From positions 32,001 to 96,000 of the forward strand of contig JAOPTT010000010.1 in the NCBI GenBank assembly GCA_051531975.1: DNA of 64,000 nucleotides, given 5' to 3'. Origin of the DNA: Spirochaetaceae bacterium (GTDB taxonomy: Bacteria > Spirochaetota > Spirochaetia > DSM-2461). A model generated the notes under the pieces. It was not told the origin of the DNA, did no database searches, and was given only the letters and a program-made list of their open reading frames with translations. Positions 52,202 to 63,357 of the stretch are shown here, piece by piece; the first letter of the stretch is position 1; each line of letters starts with the position of its first letter. Position numbers and translations under genes: made by a program.

Positions 52202-53536
52202 CTATTTAATGTAACCATTTTTTTTAAATAACAATTCTATACTTTGGTGGGCTTCTTTTAAAGCTTCTTCTTCTGTTTTTTTCCCATCCATGAAATCGAA
52301 CCATGCTTTGTAAAGAATTGGCTCAAGATCTGAAGCGACTGGAATCGTGGGACGGGAACGTGTAGTTAATTTTTCGCCCTCAAGGTTGACTGCAAAAAAA
52401 TCTGATAATTCAGGTTTTAAAGATTTTAATTGTTTTGATTCATGGGTGGATTGTCTTGCAATTGGTGCTCCATGAAGAAACCATTCTACAGCGTTTTCTC
52501 TGCTGGTAAGCCATTTTAAAAATAAAAAAGCTGCTTCTGTATTTTTAGACTGATTTGAAATGGCAAGGGCACCTCCTCCAACAATAAACTTACCTGGTTG
52601 TGGTGCTACCCATGAAACATTGGCAAGCCTTGACTGTTTTGGATCCAAAGCCTTGATCATATAGTTAGTCCAGTTTTGAACCATGGCAATATTTCCCATT
52701 TTATCATAATAACCAGTTTGTTCGTTAGCACCCCAATCACTAAATGCTATAGGTGGTGCATAATTTGATAGTTTTTTTGCAAATCGAAAAGCTTCTGCAT
52801 TTCCTGGAGTATCCAAAAGAACCTGATAAGTTTCTTCATCATATATTTCTCCACCGAAGCTCCAAATATACCACAAAACATTCTTATATGTTGCACTTCT
52901 GTTTCCATGGGATCGGGCCCAACCGTACTGGTCTATTTCCCCATTTCCATCTGTATCTCTTGTAAAAAACTCAGCAACATCCATAAATTGCTGCATTGTA
53001 CGGGGAGGAAGTAAATCATAACCATACTTTTGTTTAAAGTTTTTCTGCTCTTCTGGATTTTCAAACCAATCAGTTCGATATAGGTTCAGTTGGGTAATTG
53101 AGCTATATGGAAATCCTAAAGTATCCCTGCGACCTGGATATTTAACAAAATAGTCAGCTGTAGGAAAGTCTTTAAAATCAACATTGTATTTTTTCATTAA
53201 ATTATCAATAGGAAATAAGTAATCCTCTTGTGATAAGAAACCAATGTGACCTGGGGAAAGATAAAAAATATCGATTTTCCCAAGTTTAGCTTTATGTTCC
53301 AGTTTTAGCTTTTTAAAAAATACAAAATAGCTATCTTGAGATACTTCTACTTTAATTCCCGTAAGTTTCGTAAATTTTTCAATCATTGGAAAAAAGGAAT
53401 CTACATCCGCTCGTTTAGTCATTGCGACATTGATTGTAATCCCTCTAAAAGAATTTGTTTGCTCTGTAATACTATCTTCAGCAAAGACAATAGAACCTAA
53501 AATTAAAATACTAAAAAAGACTAGTGACTTTATCAT
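52202..53536 (-). CDS. Extracellular solute-binding protein (sugar ABC type)
   Basis: Signal peptide; FTKLTGIKVEV, YRTDWF, GGGALAI, AAFLFLKWLT. Confidence 0.85.
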   Translation of the reverse strand: MIKSLVFFSILILGSIVFAEDSITEQTNSFRGITINVAMTKRADVDSFFPMIEKFTKLTGIKVEVSQDSYFVFFKKLKLEHKAKLGKIDIFYLSPGHIGFLSQEDYLFPIDNLMKKYNVDFKDFPTADYFVKYPGRRDTLGFPYSSITQLNLYRTDWFENPEEQKNFKQKYGYDLLPPRTMQQFMDVAEFFTRDTDGNGEIDQYGWARSHGNRSATYKNVLWYIWSFGGEIYDEETYQVLLDTPGNAEAFRFAKKLSNYAPPIAFSDWGANEQTGYYDKMGNIAMVQNWTNYMIKALDPKQSRLANVSWVAPQPGKFIVGGGALAISNQSKNTEAAFLFLKWLTSRENAVEWFLHGAPIARQSTHESKQLKSLKPELSDFFAVNLEGEKLTTRSRPTIPVASDLEPILYKAWFDFMDGKKTEEEALKEAHQSIELLFKKNGYIK

Positions 53537-53746
53537 GTAACCCCCCTTAATGAAATATAATATAATTATAGTCTGAACCTACACAATTAACACAAAAGAT
53601 TTTATGTATTCCAATATATATATAATCAATTGTTATTCTGAAAGAATTATTAGATCAAGGAAACTTGAAGAATACAATTGACATATGGGGGGACTAATAT
53701 AATAACTGTACCTGTATAAAATAATCTGTTATAATATAATTAAATT

Positions 53747-54523
53747 ATGAAACGATATGGCCATGGACAGTACAAAATAGAAGACTCAGAAGATATACTG
53801 TTTACAAAGTGGATGGGTAGCTGGAATGAAGAGATGATGGAGGAGTTCCATTGGAAAATCCGATCTGTCTATGAATCTAGAACTGGTAACCCTTTTATAG
53901 AAATATTAGATATTAGTGAATGGGAATTAACCTCCCTTGATGTAATAGAAACAACAGTAGATCATAATTGGAATGATTATAAGTTAAGTGTGGGGCTGAA
54001 ACTTTATATAATAATTATAAAGAGTAATTTAATTGAGAGCTTAACATATCTAAAATATAAATCTAGAGTTCATATCCCTGTTGAAATTGTTCATTCTTAT
54101 AATGATGCTTTACATTTGGTACGTTCTAGGGAAAATCTAATAAACCATACACTTGATAGAGTGGGAAAATTCTATTTTATCCTGGAGCCTAATCTAACTC
54201 ATGTAATATTTTCAGGTATATGGGAAGAAAATGATTTTATAGCGTATAAAGAAGCTCTAGATGAATTATTTAAAATTATAGATTCATGTAATTACCTATT
54301 TCTTCAAGATTTAAGGTTATGGGATTCTATATCTTTACAAGCACCTTTAAGTTTACTTTCTGATATTTTGAATAAAGGGAAGAGTGAAAAAAAACTTAAA
54401 CAAAATTTTATTATTTGCAGGGATGACGAGCAGGTTAAGAAAATTGAAACCTATCTATCTCAAACTTCCAATAAGTTCACCATAAGCTGCTCTATTGATC
54501 ACTTGTTAGCCACAATGGTTTAA
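53747..54523 (+). CDS. Hypothetical protein with two similar STAS/SEC14-like halves
   Basis: Internal similarity GSWNEE..LDISEWE vs GIWEEN..QDLRLWD. Confidence 0.5.
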   Translation: MKRYGHGQYKIEDSEDILFTKWMGSWNEEMMEEFHWKIRSVYESRTGNPFIEILDISEWELTSLDVIETTVDHNWNDYKLSVGLKLYIIIIKSNLIESLTYLKYKSRVHIPVEIVHSYNDALHLVRSRENLINHTLDRVGKFYFILEPNLTHVIFSGIWEENDFIAYKEALDELFKIIDSCNYLFLQDLRLWDSISLQAPLSLLSDILNKGKSEKKLKQNFIICRDDEQVKKIETYLSQTSNKFTISCSIDHLLATMV

Positions 54524-54588
54524 ACGAAAGGTAGAGATAGCCCAGGAAGAGATAGTAAATATAAAACTAAGTTGATATACTTATAATA

Positions 54589-55356
54589 ATGAATATTGAA
54601 GAGATACTATTAAATACAACTCGTTTTAATTTAATAAAAGATGCGAGTACACCAAAAGACATCAAGAAAATAGATAATCAGTTAATTAAATTAACTAGTT
54701 GTTTTAATAAAAACTCACAAAAACTCTTAGTTCTATTTGATAAAATAGATAATCATAAAATAAATATTAATAATTATCCTAATTATACAATAGGTGATAG
54801 AACTGAGGTTATAATAAAAAATAATTCTCAATTACAAGAAGCATTAGTTGAAGTATATGATGAAAAAATCATAGGTTTTGACACAGAGCAGAAACCAACT
54901 TTTAAAAAAGGTCAGATTCAACATAAAATATCCATAGTACAAATATCAACAAAAAATTATTCTTTTATTATCCAAATGAAATATTTTGAAAACAATTATG
55001 ATATTGGAAAAGTCTTATCTGATAAATCAATATTAAAAGTAGGATTTGGTCTGAATAATGATACAAAACAATTAACAAAATTATTTGGGAAAAAACCTGA
55101 ATCATTACTTGATATATCTGTTTTTATTAAAAAAGTATTTAAGACAAAAAATAACATTGGAACTAAAAATGCTATTGCTATTTTCTTAGAAAAAAAATTA
55201 CAGAAATCTAAAAATGCTGCTTTATCTAATTGGGAAAATAGTGAACTAACATTAGGTCAAATTAAGTATGCTTCAGAAGATGGGACAGCTCCATTAGATG
55301 TTTATTACTCAATATTAACTGAGTTTTCTTTTTTACATTATTATGCAATTATATAA
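54589..55356 (+). CDS. 3'-5' exonuclease (DEDDy, WRN/RNase D-like)
   Basis: IGFDTEQKP, LKVG...ND, SNWE...QIKYASED. Confidence 0.85.
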   Translation: MNIEEILLNTTRFNLIKDASTPKDIKKIDNQLIKLTSCFNKNSQKLLVLFDKIDNHKININNYPNYTIGDRTEVIIKNNSQLQEALVEVYDEKIIGFDTEQKPTFKKGQIQHKISIVQISTKNYSFIIQMKYFENNYDIGKVLSDKSILKVGFGLNNDTKQLTKLFGKKPESLLDISVFIKKVFKTKNNIGTKNAIAIFLEKKLQKSKNAALSNWENSELTLGQIKYASEDGTAPLDVYYSILTEFSFLHYYAII

Positions 55357-55394
55357 AACAAAAAAATATTACAGCTGGAGATAATTTGACTGCT

Positions 55395-56531
55395 TTATTT
55401 CTTCTTCATTTTGATCTGTCCTGCCCTGTGTAATAATCCACTCCTATAAATAGTCGCCTTATTTCTTCCATTTTCTTTAGAAAGATATAAAGCCTCGTCT
55501 GCCCTATTTAAGATATCATTTGATGTTAAATTTTCAACCCAATTATATACACTTACACCTATACTAACAGTGACTTTTAACTCTTTATCTTGATATTTAA
55601 TAGTCAATAATTCGATAGCGGATCTAATTCTATTAGCAATCATTAGAGCTACGTTTCCTGTTGTTTCTGGAAGTAATACAGTAAACTCTTCTCCCCCAAA
55701 CCTAGATACAATATCCATCTCTCTGACCAGATGTTTTAATTCATGAGCTATTTTAATAATAACTTCGTCTCCGGCTAGGTGACCATAATCATTATTAAAT
55801 ATTTTAAAATTATCAATATCAATTATGATTAATGCCGAAGGAGTTTTGCTTCTTTTAGATCGGGCAAATTCTTCATTAACTCTACTAATAAAAAAAAGAT
55901 GATTATACAGACCAGTTTTACCATCTTTAACAGAATTTTCATAATGAATATTATTTTGTATACCAACTGATATAAAACTCATTAATCTATCAATGTATTT
56001 TATCTCTTTATCAGTATAATCTTCATCCAATATCTTCGGACCAAATAGAATAAGACCATATAACCCAGAATGGCCATGAACAGGGATTATGATTTCAGTA
56101 TTTATCTCTTTAAATGGAGCGACTAATTTTGAATTAGCTATACCATCTTCAAAAACTTTGAAATTCATGGTTCCTGGATTATTATTAAAATAGTCTACAT
56201 AGGGCTCTAATGTAGATAAATTAACTTCTATTGTCTCTCTCTTTAAATTCTTATATGTAATAAACTTTAAACCACTATTATTTAATACACCTTCATTAAC
56301 AATAACTACAAGATTTGATGGTACAAATTTCTCAGTTAAACCCTGGACTAAATATCCAACTAATTCATCCACAGATTTTTTTTCAGATATAATATACGCT
56401 TCAGAAATAAGATCTTCTAGCTCTTTATTCTTCATATTAATGGATTCAATATACTCTATAATACCTAGTTCTGAGAGTAAACTGAAATTATTTATAAGTA
56501 AGGGGTTTGACGATATATCATTCCAGTCCAT
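55395..56531 (-). CDS. Diguanylate cyclase with GAF-like N-terminal region
   Basis: DGKTGLYN, DIDNFK, REMD I-site, GGEEF. Confidence 0.9.
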   Translation of the reverse strand: MDWNDISSNPLLINNFSLLSELGIIEYIESINMKNKELEDLISEAYIISEKKSVDELVGYLVQGLTEKFVPSNLVVIVNEGVLNNSGLKFITYKNLKRETIEVNLSTLEPYVDYFNNNPGTMNFKVFEDGIANSKLVAPFKEINTEIIIPVHGHSGLYGLILFGPKILDEDYTDKEIKYIDRLMSFISVGIQNNIHYENSVKDGKTGLYNHLFFISRVNEEFARSKRSKTPSALIIIDIDNFKIFNNDYGHLAGDEVIIKIAHELKHLVREMDIVSRFGGEEFTVLLPETTGNVALMIANRIRSAIELLTIKYQDKELKVTVSIGVSVYNWVENLTSNDILNRADEALYLSKENGRNKATIYRSGLLHRAGQIKMKKK

Positions 56532-56666
56532 ATATTAATTATATCCTGAAACCCTCTTTATTCAAGTAATTAATAATGATTTTCTTATTGTATTTGACTT
56601 GGATGGAAACTAAAATTTAAAAAAGTATTAATAATTACAAACTATAATATATCAGAGGAGATTATT

Positions 56667-59600
56667 ATGATAACAAATAAGAAATTTAGTCTAATTCCTG
56701 CACTTTTTTATTGTATTCTACTTATTTCATGTGTTTCCAATGCAAATAATATAACTGATTCATCAAACTCACAGTTAAACATGGTATTTCAAGGTGGTCA
56801 TGTTTTGGCTGTTACAGATGTAGCAGTAAGCCCCGATGGTAAATTTTATGCAACATGTGGTTATGACAATATGGTTATGATATGGAGATCAACTGATAAT
56901 GTATTAGTAAAACAGATTGGATTCAAATCTCATTTAAATTCAATTTCCTATAGTCCTGATGGAACAAAATTAGCGGTTGGAGGTTCTGGTGTAAATCTGA
57001 TTGATATACTAACAGGAAACATTTTGTGGAATAACAATGAATCAGAGCTAGAACCATTTGAGATTTGTTGGAGTAAGGATGGATTAACAATACTTACTGC
57101 CCAGGGTAAAAACCCTAGAGATATTATTAGGAAAGGTAAAGTTGTAAAATATTCAGCAAAATCTGGTAATATAATAATTTCAACTGATTATTCTGAAAAT
57201 GTTTATTCAATACAATATAACGATGACTTCTCTTTATATGGAATTGGTCTAAGTGACGGTTCTATTAAAGTATATAAACCATTAGGAGGATTATATAAAA
57301 CAATAAATAGTTCTTCAGAAATTAGGTCACTTCAGTTCCTTGATACAGGAACAATTATTACTGGTCATTTAGATGGGGAATTAAGGACTTGGAATCTAGA
57401 AACAGGGGATCTATTAAATAATATTAAACTGAATAGAGGACCAATTAATAGTCTAGCCTATAATAAAAATAGTGGTTTGCTATTATGTGGAATTGAAGCA
57501 AGGAAAGAACATCAATTTTCAAATGAGGCTAAAGGCATTGTAATTCTTTATGAGCCCAAAACTAGAAAAATAATATCTGAATACGATAAACAATTATATC
57601 TTGTTAACAGCATAAAATGGTTAAAAGATGACACCTCATTTATATCAGTATCCGGTGAATATCAAGATGGTGAAGTATACTCATTTAATATAAAAAATAG
57701 TTCTTATTCTAAAAATCCTGTCTTGCTTCTTCCCTCAAGTGTAAACTTTAATGCAAAAAACAATGTTCTTGTTACTACAGGGAAAAAATGGGATGATTTG
57801 AATATTGGATCGATATCATTTCTTGATCTTCTAAACTTCAATTTGACATTTGGATCTATAGGTAAATATGGAAGTATAGATAATGCCAATATCCATCCAA
57901 GTGGTGATTGGCTTGTAGCAAATCATAAAACTGGAGATATTACTGTATGGGACTCAAATTCCCAATCAATAATAAAAACTTTACCAAGACTAAAATACAA
58001 TCAATTTTTTTCTGCCTTTAACCATGATGGATCTTTATTAGCTCTAGCTTCGTCCTTAGATGGTGTCTCTATAAGTCATATTAGAATAATGGATACAATA
58101 AACCAAAAAATATTATGGTCTAAAGATATATCTGATGGAATATTCCATGGAATAGCATTTAATAAAAAAGGTGATAAAATCTATTGTGCTGGTGGTTCTG
58201 AAGATGATCAAAAAGGTAAAATTCATATATTTGAGACGCTCTCTGGAAAACTTATCGATGTAGTTGATATTGGTTCTAGAATTCGGGATATTGATATATC
58301 ACCTGACGATACAATTATACTTGGAATAGATACAGAAGATGTAAATTATGGTGGATTATTTCTTAAACCTAAAAATATGAAAATTTCAAAGACCCTTACT
58401 AATTACGATACTATTAACAGGGTTTCTATAAATAATGATGGAACATTATTTGCTGCTGGAGAGTACTCTGGAACAGTGTCTATCTGGGATCTAGAAAAGA
58501 AGAAAATAATTTACCAACTACCTGGATTTTCAAATATCGAAAGCCTATCCTGGCATAAAACAAAAAATATAGTAACTATCGGATATTGGAACGGATCAAT
58601 TAAACTGTGGAATATTGATAATGATAAATCAGCCACATTAATTATTAGAGACCAGGATTGGATAATTTATACTCCAGAGGGATATTTTGCAGCTTCTGAA
58701 GATGGAGGGAAATTAACTGTCATGGTTGATGGGCTGACAGCATATGGGATTGATCAATTTGCATTAACAAACAACCGTCCTGATATTGTTCTTAGGGATT
58801 TGAACTTAGGTAATGATGAAGTAATTAATTATTACTACAATTTATATTTAAAACGATTAAAAAAATCAGGCTTTTCTGAACTGAATATCTCACAGACAAA
58901 ATATGTTCCTTATGCCCAAATATTAACATATAAACAGCATAACAAATTTATTGATCTGACTTTTAAATTATCAGATGAACATTCCAACTTAATTAAATAC
59001 AATATTTATATAAATGACGTACCAATATATGGAGCATATGGTAAAAAGATTTTTGGTAATAATATAACAATAACAGAAGCTATAGAACTTAGTTCTGGGA
59101 ACAATAAAATAGAAGTTACATGTATAAACAATAAAGGTGTAGAATCCTATAGACCTGTTATAAATATTACATATAAAGAATTAGTAAAAGCTAACCTATA
59201 TTTTATCGGATTTGGTGTTTCAAACTATCAAGACGATATTTTGGACCTAAAATATGCATCAAAAGATGTAGTCGACTTAGGTTCAGTATTAAAATCAAAC
59301 CTAAAAACTCAATTTAAAAATATCTATATACATACATTTATAGACGAAGAAGTTACAGCTGAGAATATGATATCTACAAAATCTTTATTAGAAAATGCAA
59401 AAGTTGATGATACCTTCATACTGCTTGTTGCTGGCCACGGTGTACACGATAATGATGAGGAATCAACATATTATTATCTTACATATAATACTGAAATAAA
59501 TGATCTTAAAAATACAGCAATAAACTTTGAGGAAATTGAAAATTTAATGCAAGGTATTGCTCCTAGAAATAAACTATTCCTAATGGATACATGCGAATCA

Positions 59601-60038
59601 GGAGAGACTGATGAAGAAACAGAAGCACGATATTATACTTTAGCAGGATCAAGAGGGATTCAACCACGAACAGCTAGGGGTTTAAAAGTTATAAGCAAAA
59701 CAGAAGATGAATTAAAACCAAGAAAATATTTACAGAACTCAAATCGTTTCATTTATAATGATCTATTTAGAAGATCAGGTGCTATAGTTTTTTCTTCTTC
59801 AAATGGAGGAGAGTTTTCATATGAAAGTGATAAAATTCAAAATGGGTTCTTTTCAGAAGGCATCCTAAAATGTCTATCTGATCCATTATCAGATAAAAAT
59901 AAAAATGGGTTTATTTCAATAAAGGAATTACAAGATTATGTAGTAAATTATGTATCTAAAGAGACAAAAGGTTTACAAAATCCAACGATTGATAGGGATA
60001 ACATATATCAGAAGTTTAATTTTCAAGTCTCAAAATAA
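56667..60038 (+). CDS. WD40-repeat lipoprotein with C-terminal caspase-like (C14) domain
   Basis: LLISC lipobox; many WD40 repeats; AGHG and DTC dyad; DKNKNGFISIKEL EF-hand-like motif. Confidence 0.88.
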   Translation: MITNKKFSLIPALFYCILLISCVSNANNITDSSNSQLNMVFQGGHVLAVTDVAVSPDGKFYATCGYDNMVMIWRSTDNVLVKQIGFKSHLNSISYSPDGTKLAVGGSGVNLIDILTGNILWNNNESELEPFEICWSKDGLTILTAQGKNPRDIIRKGKVVKYSAKSGNIIISTDYSENVYSIQYNDDFSLYGIGLSDGSIKVYKPLGGLYKTINSSSEIRSLQFLDTGTIITGHLDGELRTWNLETGDLLNNIKLNRGPINSLAYNKNSGLLLCGIEARKEHQFSNEAKGIVILYEPKTRKIISEYDKQLYLVNSIKWLKDDTSFISVSGEYQDGEVYSFNIKNSSYSKNPVLLLPSSVNFNAKNNVLVTTGKKWDDLNIGSISFLDLLNFNLTFGSIGKYGSIDNANIHPSGDWLVANHKTGDITVWDSNSQSIIKTLPRLKYNQFFSAFNHDGSLLALASSLDGVSISHIRIMDTINQKILWSKDISDGIFHGIAFNKKGDKIYCAGGSEDDQKGKIHIFETLSGKLIDVVDIGSRIRDIDISPDDTIILGIDTEDVNYGGLFLKPKNMKISKTLTNYDTINRVSINNDGTLFAAGEYSGTVSIWDLEKKKIIYQLPGFSNIESLSWHKTKNIVTIGYWNGSIKLWNIDNDKSATLIIRDQDWIIYTPEGYFAASEDGGKLTVMVDGLTAYGIDQFALTNNRPDIVLRDLNLGNDEVINYYYNLYLKRLKKSGFSELNISQTKYVPYAQILTYKQHNKFIDLTFKLSDEHSNLIKYNIYINDVPIYGAYGKKIFGNNITITEAIELSSGNNKIEVTCINNKGVESYRPVINITYKELVKANLYFIGFGVSNYQDDILDLKYASKDVVDLGSVLKSNLKTQFKNIYIHTFIDEEVTAENMISTKSLLENAKVDDTFILLVAGHGVHDNDEESTYYYLTYNTEINDLKNTAINFEEIENLMQGIAPRNKLFLMDTCESGETDEETEARYYTLAGSRGIQPRTARGLKVISKTEDELKPRKYLQNSNRFIYNDLFRRSGAIVFSSSNGGEFSYESDKIQNGFFSEGILKCLSDPLSDKNKNGFISIKELQDYVVNYVSKETKGLQNPTIDRDNIYQKFNFQVSK

Positions 60039-60045
60039 GTTATTA

Positions 60046-60705
60046 CTACTGGAGAACTGCCTTAAAAAAAAGACATTCCCAACCACGTTTTACCGCTTCC
60101 TTATATAGTTTTTTATCCGGATTTACAGGTATAGCTTTTGAACATAAATCTAGTAGAGGTAGATCGTTATAGGAATCTGAATAAAAAACCGCATCCTCAA
60201 AGGATAAATTTTCCTGTTTAAAAAATGATTCAACAGCAATTTTTTTATCTTCACCAAAAGCAGGTTCCCCTACTAAGTGACCAGTAGTTACACCGTCTTT
60301 TATTTCCATTCTACTAGAAACAAATTCATCAATTCCTAAATAATTTAGAACAGGTTCAATTAAAAAATCTACAGAGGATGTAGCAGCGATAACTCTATGC
60401 CCATCTTTTTTTAACAGAGCTACTAATTTTATAGCATCGGTATATATTTGGGACTTTGTCTGCCTGTTAAAAGTTAACATTGATAATTCACGTAAAAAAT
60501 CCAGTTTTATATTTTTTAACTTCATAACTTCTATTTTAATAAAGTCAGGATCTAAAAGTGATAATTTATACAATATATATTTAAAAGGAAAAGTTATTAT
60601 CTGGGGAATAGTAATTATTTTATGACTTAATGCTTCCTTTAAAAAACATCTTCCGGTGGATTGTCTGATTAATGTATGATCAACATCAAAAATGTGTATT
60701 GCCAT
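60046..60705 (-). CDS. HAD-IB hydrolase (SerB-like)
   Basis: FDVDHTL, YSDSYNDLPLL, VNPD. Confidence 0.88.
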   Translation of the reverse strand: MAIHIFDVDHTLIRQSTGRCFLKEALSHKIITIPQIITFPFKYILYKLSLLDPDFIKIEVMKLKNIKLDFLRELSMLTFNRQTKSQIYTDAIKLVALLKKDGHRVIAATSSVDFLIEPVLNYLGIDEFVSSRMEIKDGVTTGHLVGEPAFGEDKKIAVESFFKQENLSFEDAVFYSDSYNDLPLLDLCSKAIPVNPDKKLYKEAVKRGWECLFFKAVLQ

Positions 60706-60716
60706 GGGTATCCTTT

Positions 60717-61394
60717 CTAATTAGTTTTAATAAATTCTATATATTCTGTACTTTTTTTTGCTGGATCACTGTAGTAACCTCTCAAATTCTCCGGTAGCAG
60801 ATCTGAAACCTGATACATAATGCTCACCATCATTTTTTCACGTACTACAGAGTTTATTTTATCTTCACTTTTTAAAATGAAGGGTCGTCCTATTTTATAA
60901 GTTATTTTAGTTCTTTTAAACCTTTTTAAATTCCCCCATACTTTTTCCCCGCCATACTGAACAATAGGTAAAAGTGGAGCACCGGATAATAGAGCCATAG
61001 GAACAACTCCAGGTTTCCCTTTTAGTAGAACTCCATCCCCACTTCTTGTACCTTCAGGAGCAATACAGATAATTTTTTCTTCTTTTAAGAGTTTATTTAT
61101 ATTTTTAAACGCTGATAGATTACCCTTACCCCTATCTACTGGGATAGCATCAAAGGTATTAAATATAAATGCCAATAAAGGATTATCCCATGTCTCTTTT
61201 TTTGCAAATCCAATCATATCACGTGGTTGCAACAGTACATGAGTTAAGGGAACATCAAGGAAATTAATGTGGTTTATACAGATAATCAAAGGACCTTTTA
61301 GAGGAATAACTGATAAATCCACATCATCTACACGACAGATTAGACCTAGTGTATTTTTAAGGAATTTATTAACTATATATTTTCTAACTCTCAT
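60717..61394 (-). CDS. Lysophospholipid acyltransferase (PlsC family)
   Basis: NHINFLD, PEGTRS. Confidence 0.9.
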   Translation of the reverse strand: MRVRKYIVNKFLKNTLGLICRVDDVDLSVIPLKGPLIICINHINFLDVPLTHVLLQPRDMIGFAKKETWDNPLLAFIFNTFDAIPVDRGKGNLSAFKNINKLLKEEKIICIAPEGTRSGDGVLLKGKPGVVPMALLSGAPLLPIVQYGGEKVWGNLKRFKRTKITYKIGRPFILKSEDKINSVVREKMMVSIMYQVSDLLPENLRGYYSDPAKKSTEYIEFIKTN

Positions 61395-61398
61395 ATTA

Positions 61399-62316
61399 CT
61401 AATTGTGAATAATCCTTAATGCTTCTGGTATACAATCGATTTTTAACTCTTTACCAGTTGTGCAAATAGTCTCTCCATCGGCATGAACAATTAAATTACC
61501 ATTTAAAGCTTTTATATTATAGGATTTTGCCCGGTCCATAATAATCCCTTCAGTACCTTTCTGGGTTCCCTTAGTATAGTGTTTAACAGAGGTTAATAAT
61601 GTTCGTCTATTTATATGTTTAACAATACAAAGATCAAGTTGACCATCGTTATTAACAGCATCAGGTGCCATATAAAAAAGACCTCCCATTCTGCTTCCAT
61701 TCATAATGGATATTTGAATTGCTTTTAATGTTATGTTATTATCGTTAAATGTTGTTTCAATGACCGGGGAATCTGAAAATTTGATAAGAGTTTTAACTGT
61801 CCCGGCAATATATCCAAGTGCTCCCTTGAGATACTTCATTTTAGACGCTTCCAATCCTACAGTTGTATCAAATCCTATTCCTATTCCGTTTCCAAAATAT
61901 CTACCATCTGGGTAATCTCCACCCTTTATTAAACCAATATCAAGGAATGATGTTTTTCCATTAATGATAACATCTAAGGCTTCTTCTATTTTGTTAGGGA
62001 CATTTGCCCCGTATGAAAAATCATTACCCCGTCCAATTGGTATAACACTAAATACAGGGCTATATTGTTTTTTACCCTTCATTAAGCCGTTAATTACTTC
62101 GTTACAGGTTCCATCCCCACCTGCTGCAATTACAGCTATATCCTCTGTATTTGCATATGTTTCTGCAATTTCTGCTGCATGACCAATATATTCTGTGTTA
62201 ATCAATTCAAAATTAACATCTGATTTTTCTAAATAGGCTTCAATTAAAGGTAATTGTTTTTTTGCCAACCCTTTCCCGGCAGTAGGATTAAAAATAATTA
62301 TTAGTTTATTTAACAA
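61399..62316 (-). CDS. Diacylglycerol/lipid kinase family protein
   Basis: FNPTAG, GGDGT, GRGNDF, ADGE; likely TTG start after AAGGGG. Confidence 0.9.
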   Translation of the reverse strand: MLNKLIIIFNPTAGKGLAKKQLPLIEAYLEKSDVNFELINTEYIGHAAEIAETYANTEDIAVIAAGGDGTCNEVINGLMKGKKQYSPVFSVIPIGRGNDFSYGANVPNKIEEALDVIINGKTSFLDIGLIKGGDYPDGRYFGNGIGIGFDTTVGLEASKMKYLKGALGYIAGTVKTLIKFSDSPVIETTFNDNNITLKAIQISIMNGSRMGGLFYMAPDAVNNDGQLDLCIVKHINRRTLLTSVKHYTKGTQKGTEGIIMDRAKSYNIKALNGNLIVHADGETICTTGKELKIDCIPEALRIIHN

Positions 62317-62472
62317 GTTATTCCCCTTAAGATAATAATACACTGAATACGTTAATTTACCTATTATTAAAACAAATGCAACAAACCTATGTTCAAATTC
62401 CATTTATATTTATCTATAAAAATTATGTTGCATATCATTCTTAACATTCCTACAATTAATATTGAGGGCACA

Positions 62473-63357
62473 ATGAAGGATGTTGCAGATTTAAAAAAAC
62501 GTATACAACTGCTGACGGAGCAAATAGAAAACCTAACATTAAGAAACAGTGAATTATCAGAAGAGTTAAATCAAATGAGGGTGATATATGTTAGTTCCAT
62601 GGATTATGGATCTACACTTGAAAACGAACTTGATCAGCAGATTAAAATCCTATCAAAAGAAAATTCAGTAGAACCGAAGAGCAGTATGGATCACGACAGA
62701 GATCTTAGACTAAGATTAACACTTGAAATATCAAAAAATGAACACTTAGAACTAATAAATAAGAGCCTTATGGAACAGGTAGAACAGTTAAGAGTTCTAT
62801 ATGTTAATGTCTCTTCCCATTCTACAGCTCTAGAAAACGATCTAGACGAAAAATATGAAGAAGTTAAGCGTTTATCAATAACCGATCCTCTTACTGGAAT
62901 ATATAATAGAAGTGGATTTTACAAATCTGCAGAAGCCATAATAGATAATATGAAAAGAAAAAATATGCCACTTTCAATAATTATGATGGATATTGATAAT
63001 TTCAAGATCTGTAACGATACACATGGTCATGACGTAGGAGATGAAGTACTGATAAGTATAACAAAGACATGTTTAAAATCTATAAGAAAAAGCGATATAT
63101 TGGCTAGATGGGGTGGGGAAGAATTTATATTTATTGTTCCTGAACTTAATATGAATAAAACTATAGAGTTAGCAGAGAGAATTAGAGAGAACATTGAAAG
63201 TGAGATCTATAATATTTGTGAAAAAATAACCTGTAGCTTTGGAGTATCCACATTTAATAATGAACCTATAGAACATTGTATTAAACGATCTGACTTAGCT
63301 CTATATGAAGCAAAAAATAGGGGTAAAAACAGAGTGGAAGGATATAAAGATGGATAA
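62473..63357 (+). CDS. Diguanylate cyclase with repeated coiled-coil N-terminus
   Basis: TDPLTGIYNR, RKSD I-site, GGEEF; ATG 62473 after GAGGG. Confidence 0.9.
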   Translation: MKDVADLKKRIQLLTEQIENLTLRNSELSEELNQMRVIYVSSMDYGSTLENELDQQIKILSKENSVEPKSSMDHDRDLRLRLTLEISKNEHLELINKSLMEQVEQLRVLYVNVSSHSTALENDLDEKYEEVKRLSITDPLTGIYNRSGFYKSAEAIIDNMKRKNMPLSIIMMDIDNFKICNDTHGHDVGDEVLISITKTCLKSIRKSDILARWGGEEFIFIVPELNMNKTIELAERIRENIESEIYNICEKITCSFGVSTFNNEPIEHCIKRSDLALYEAKNRGKNRVEGYKDG

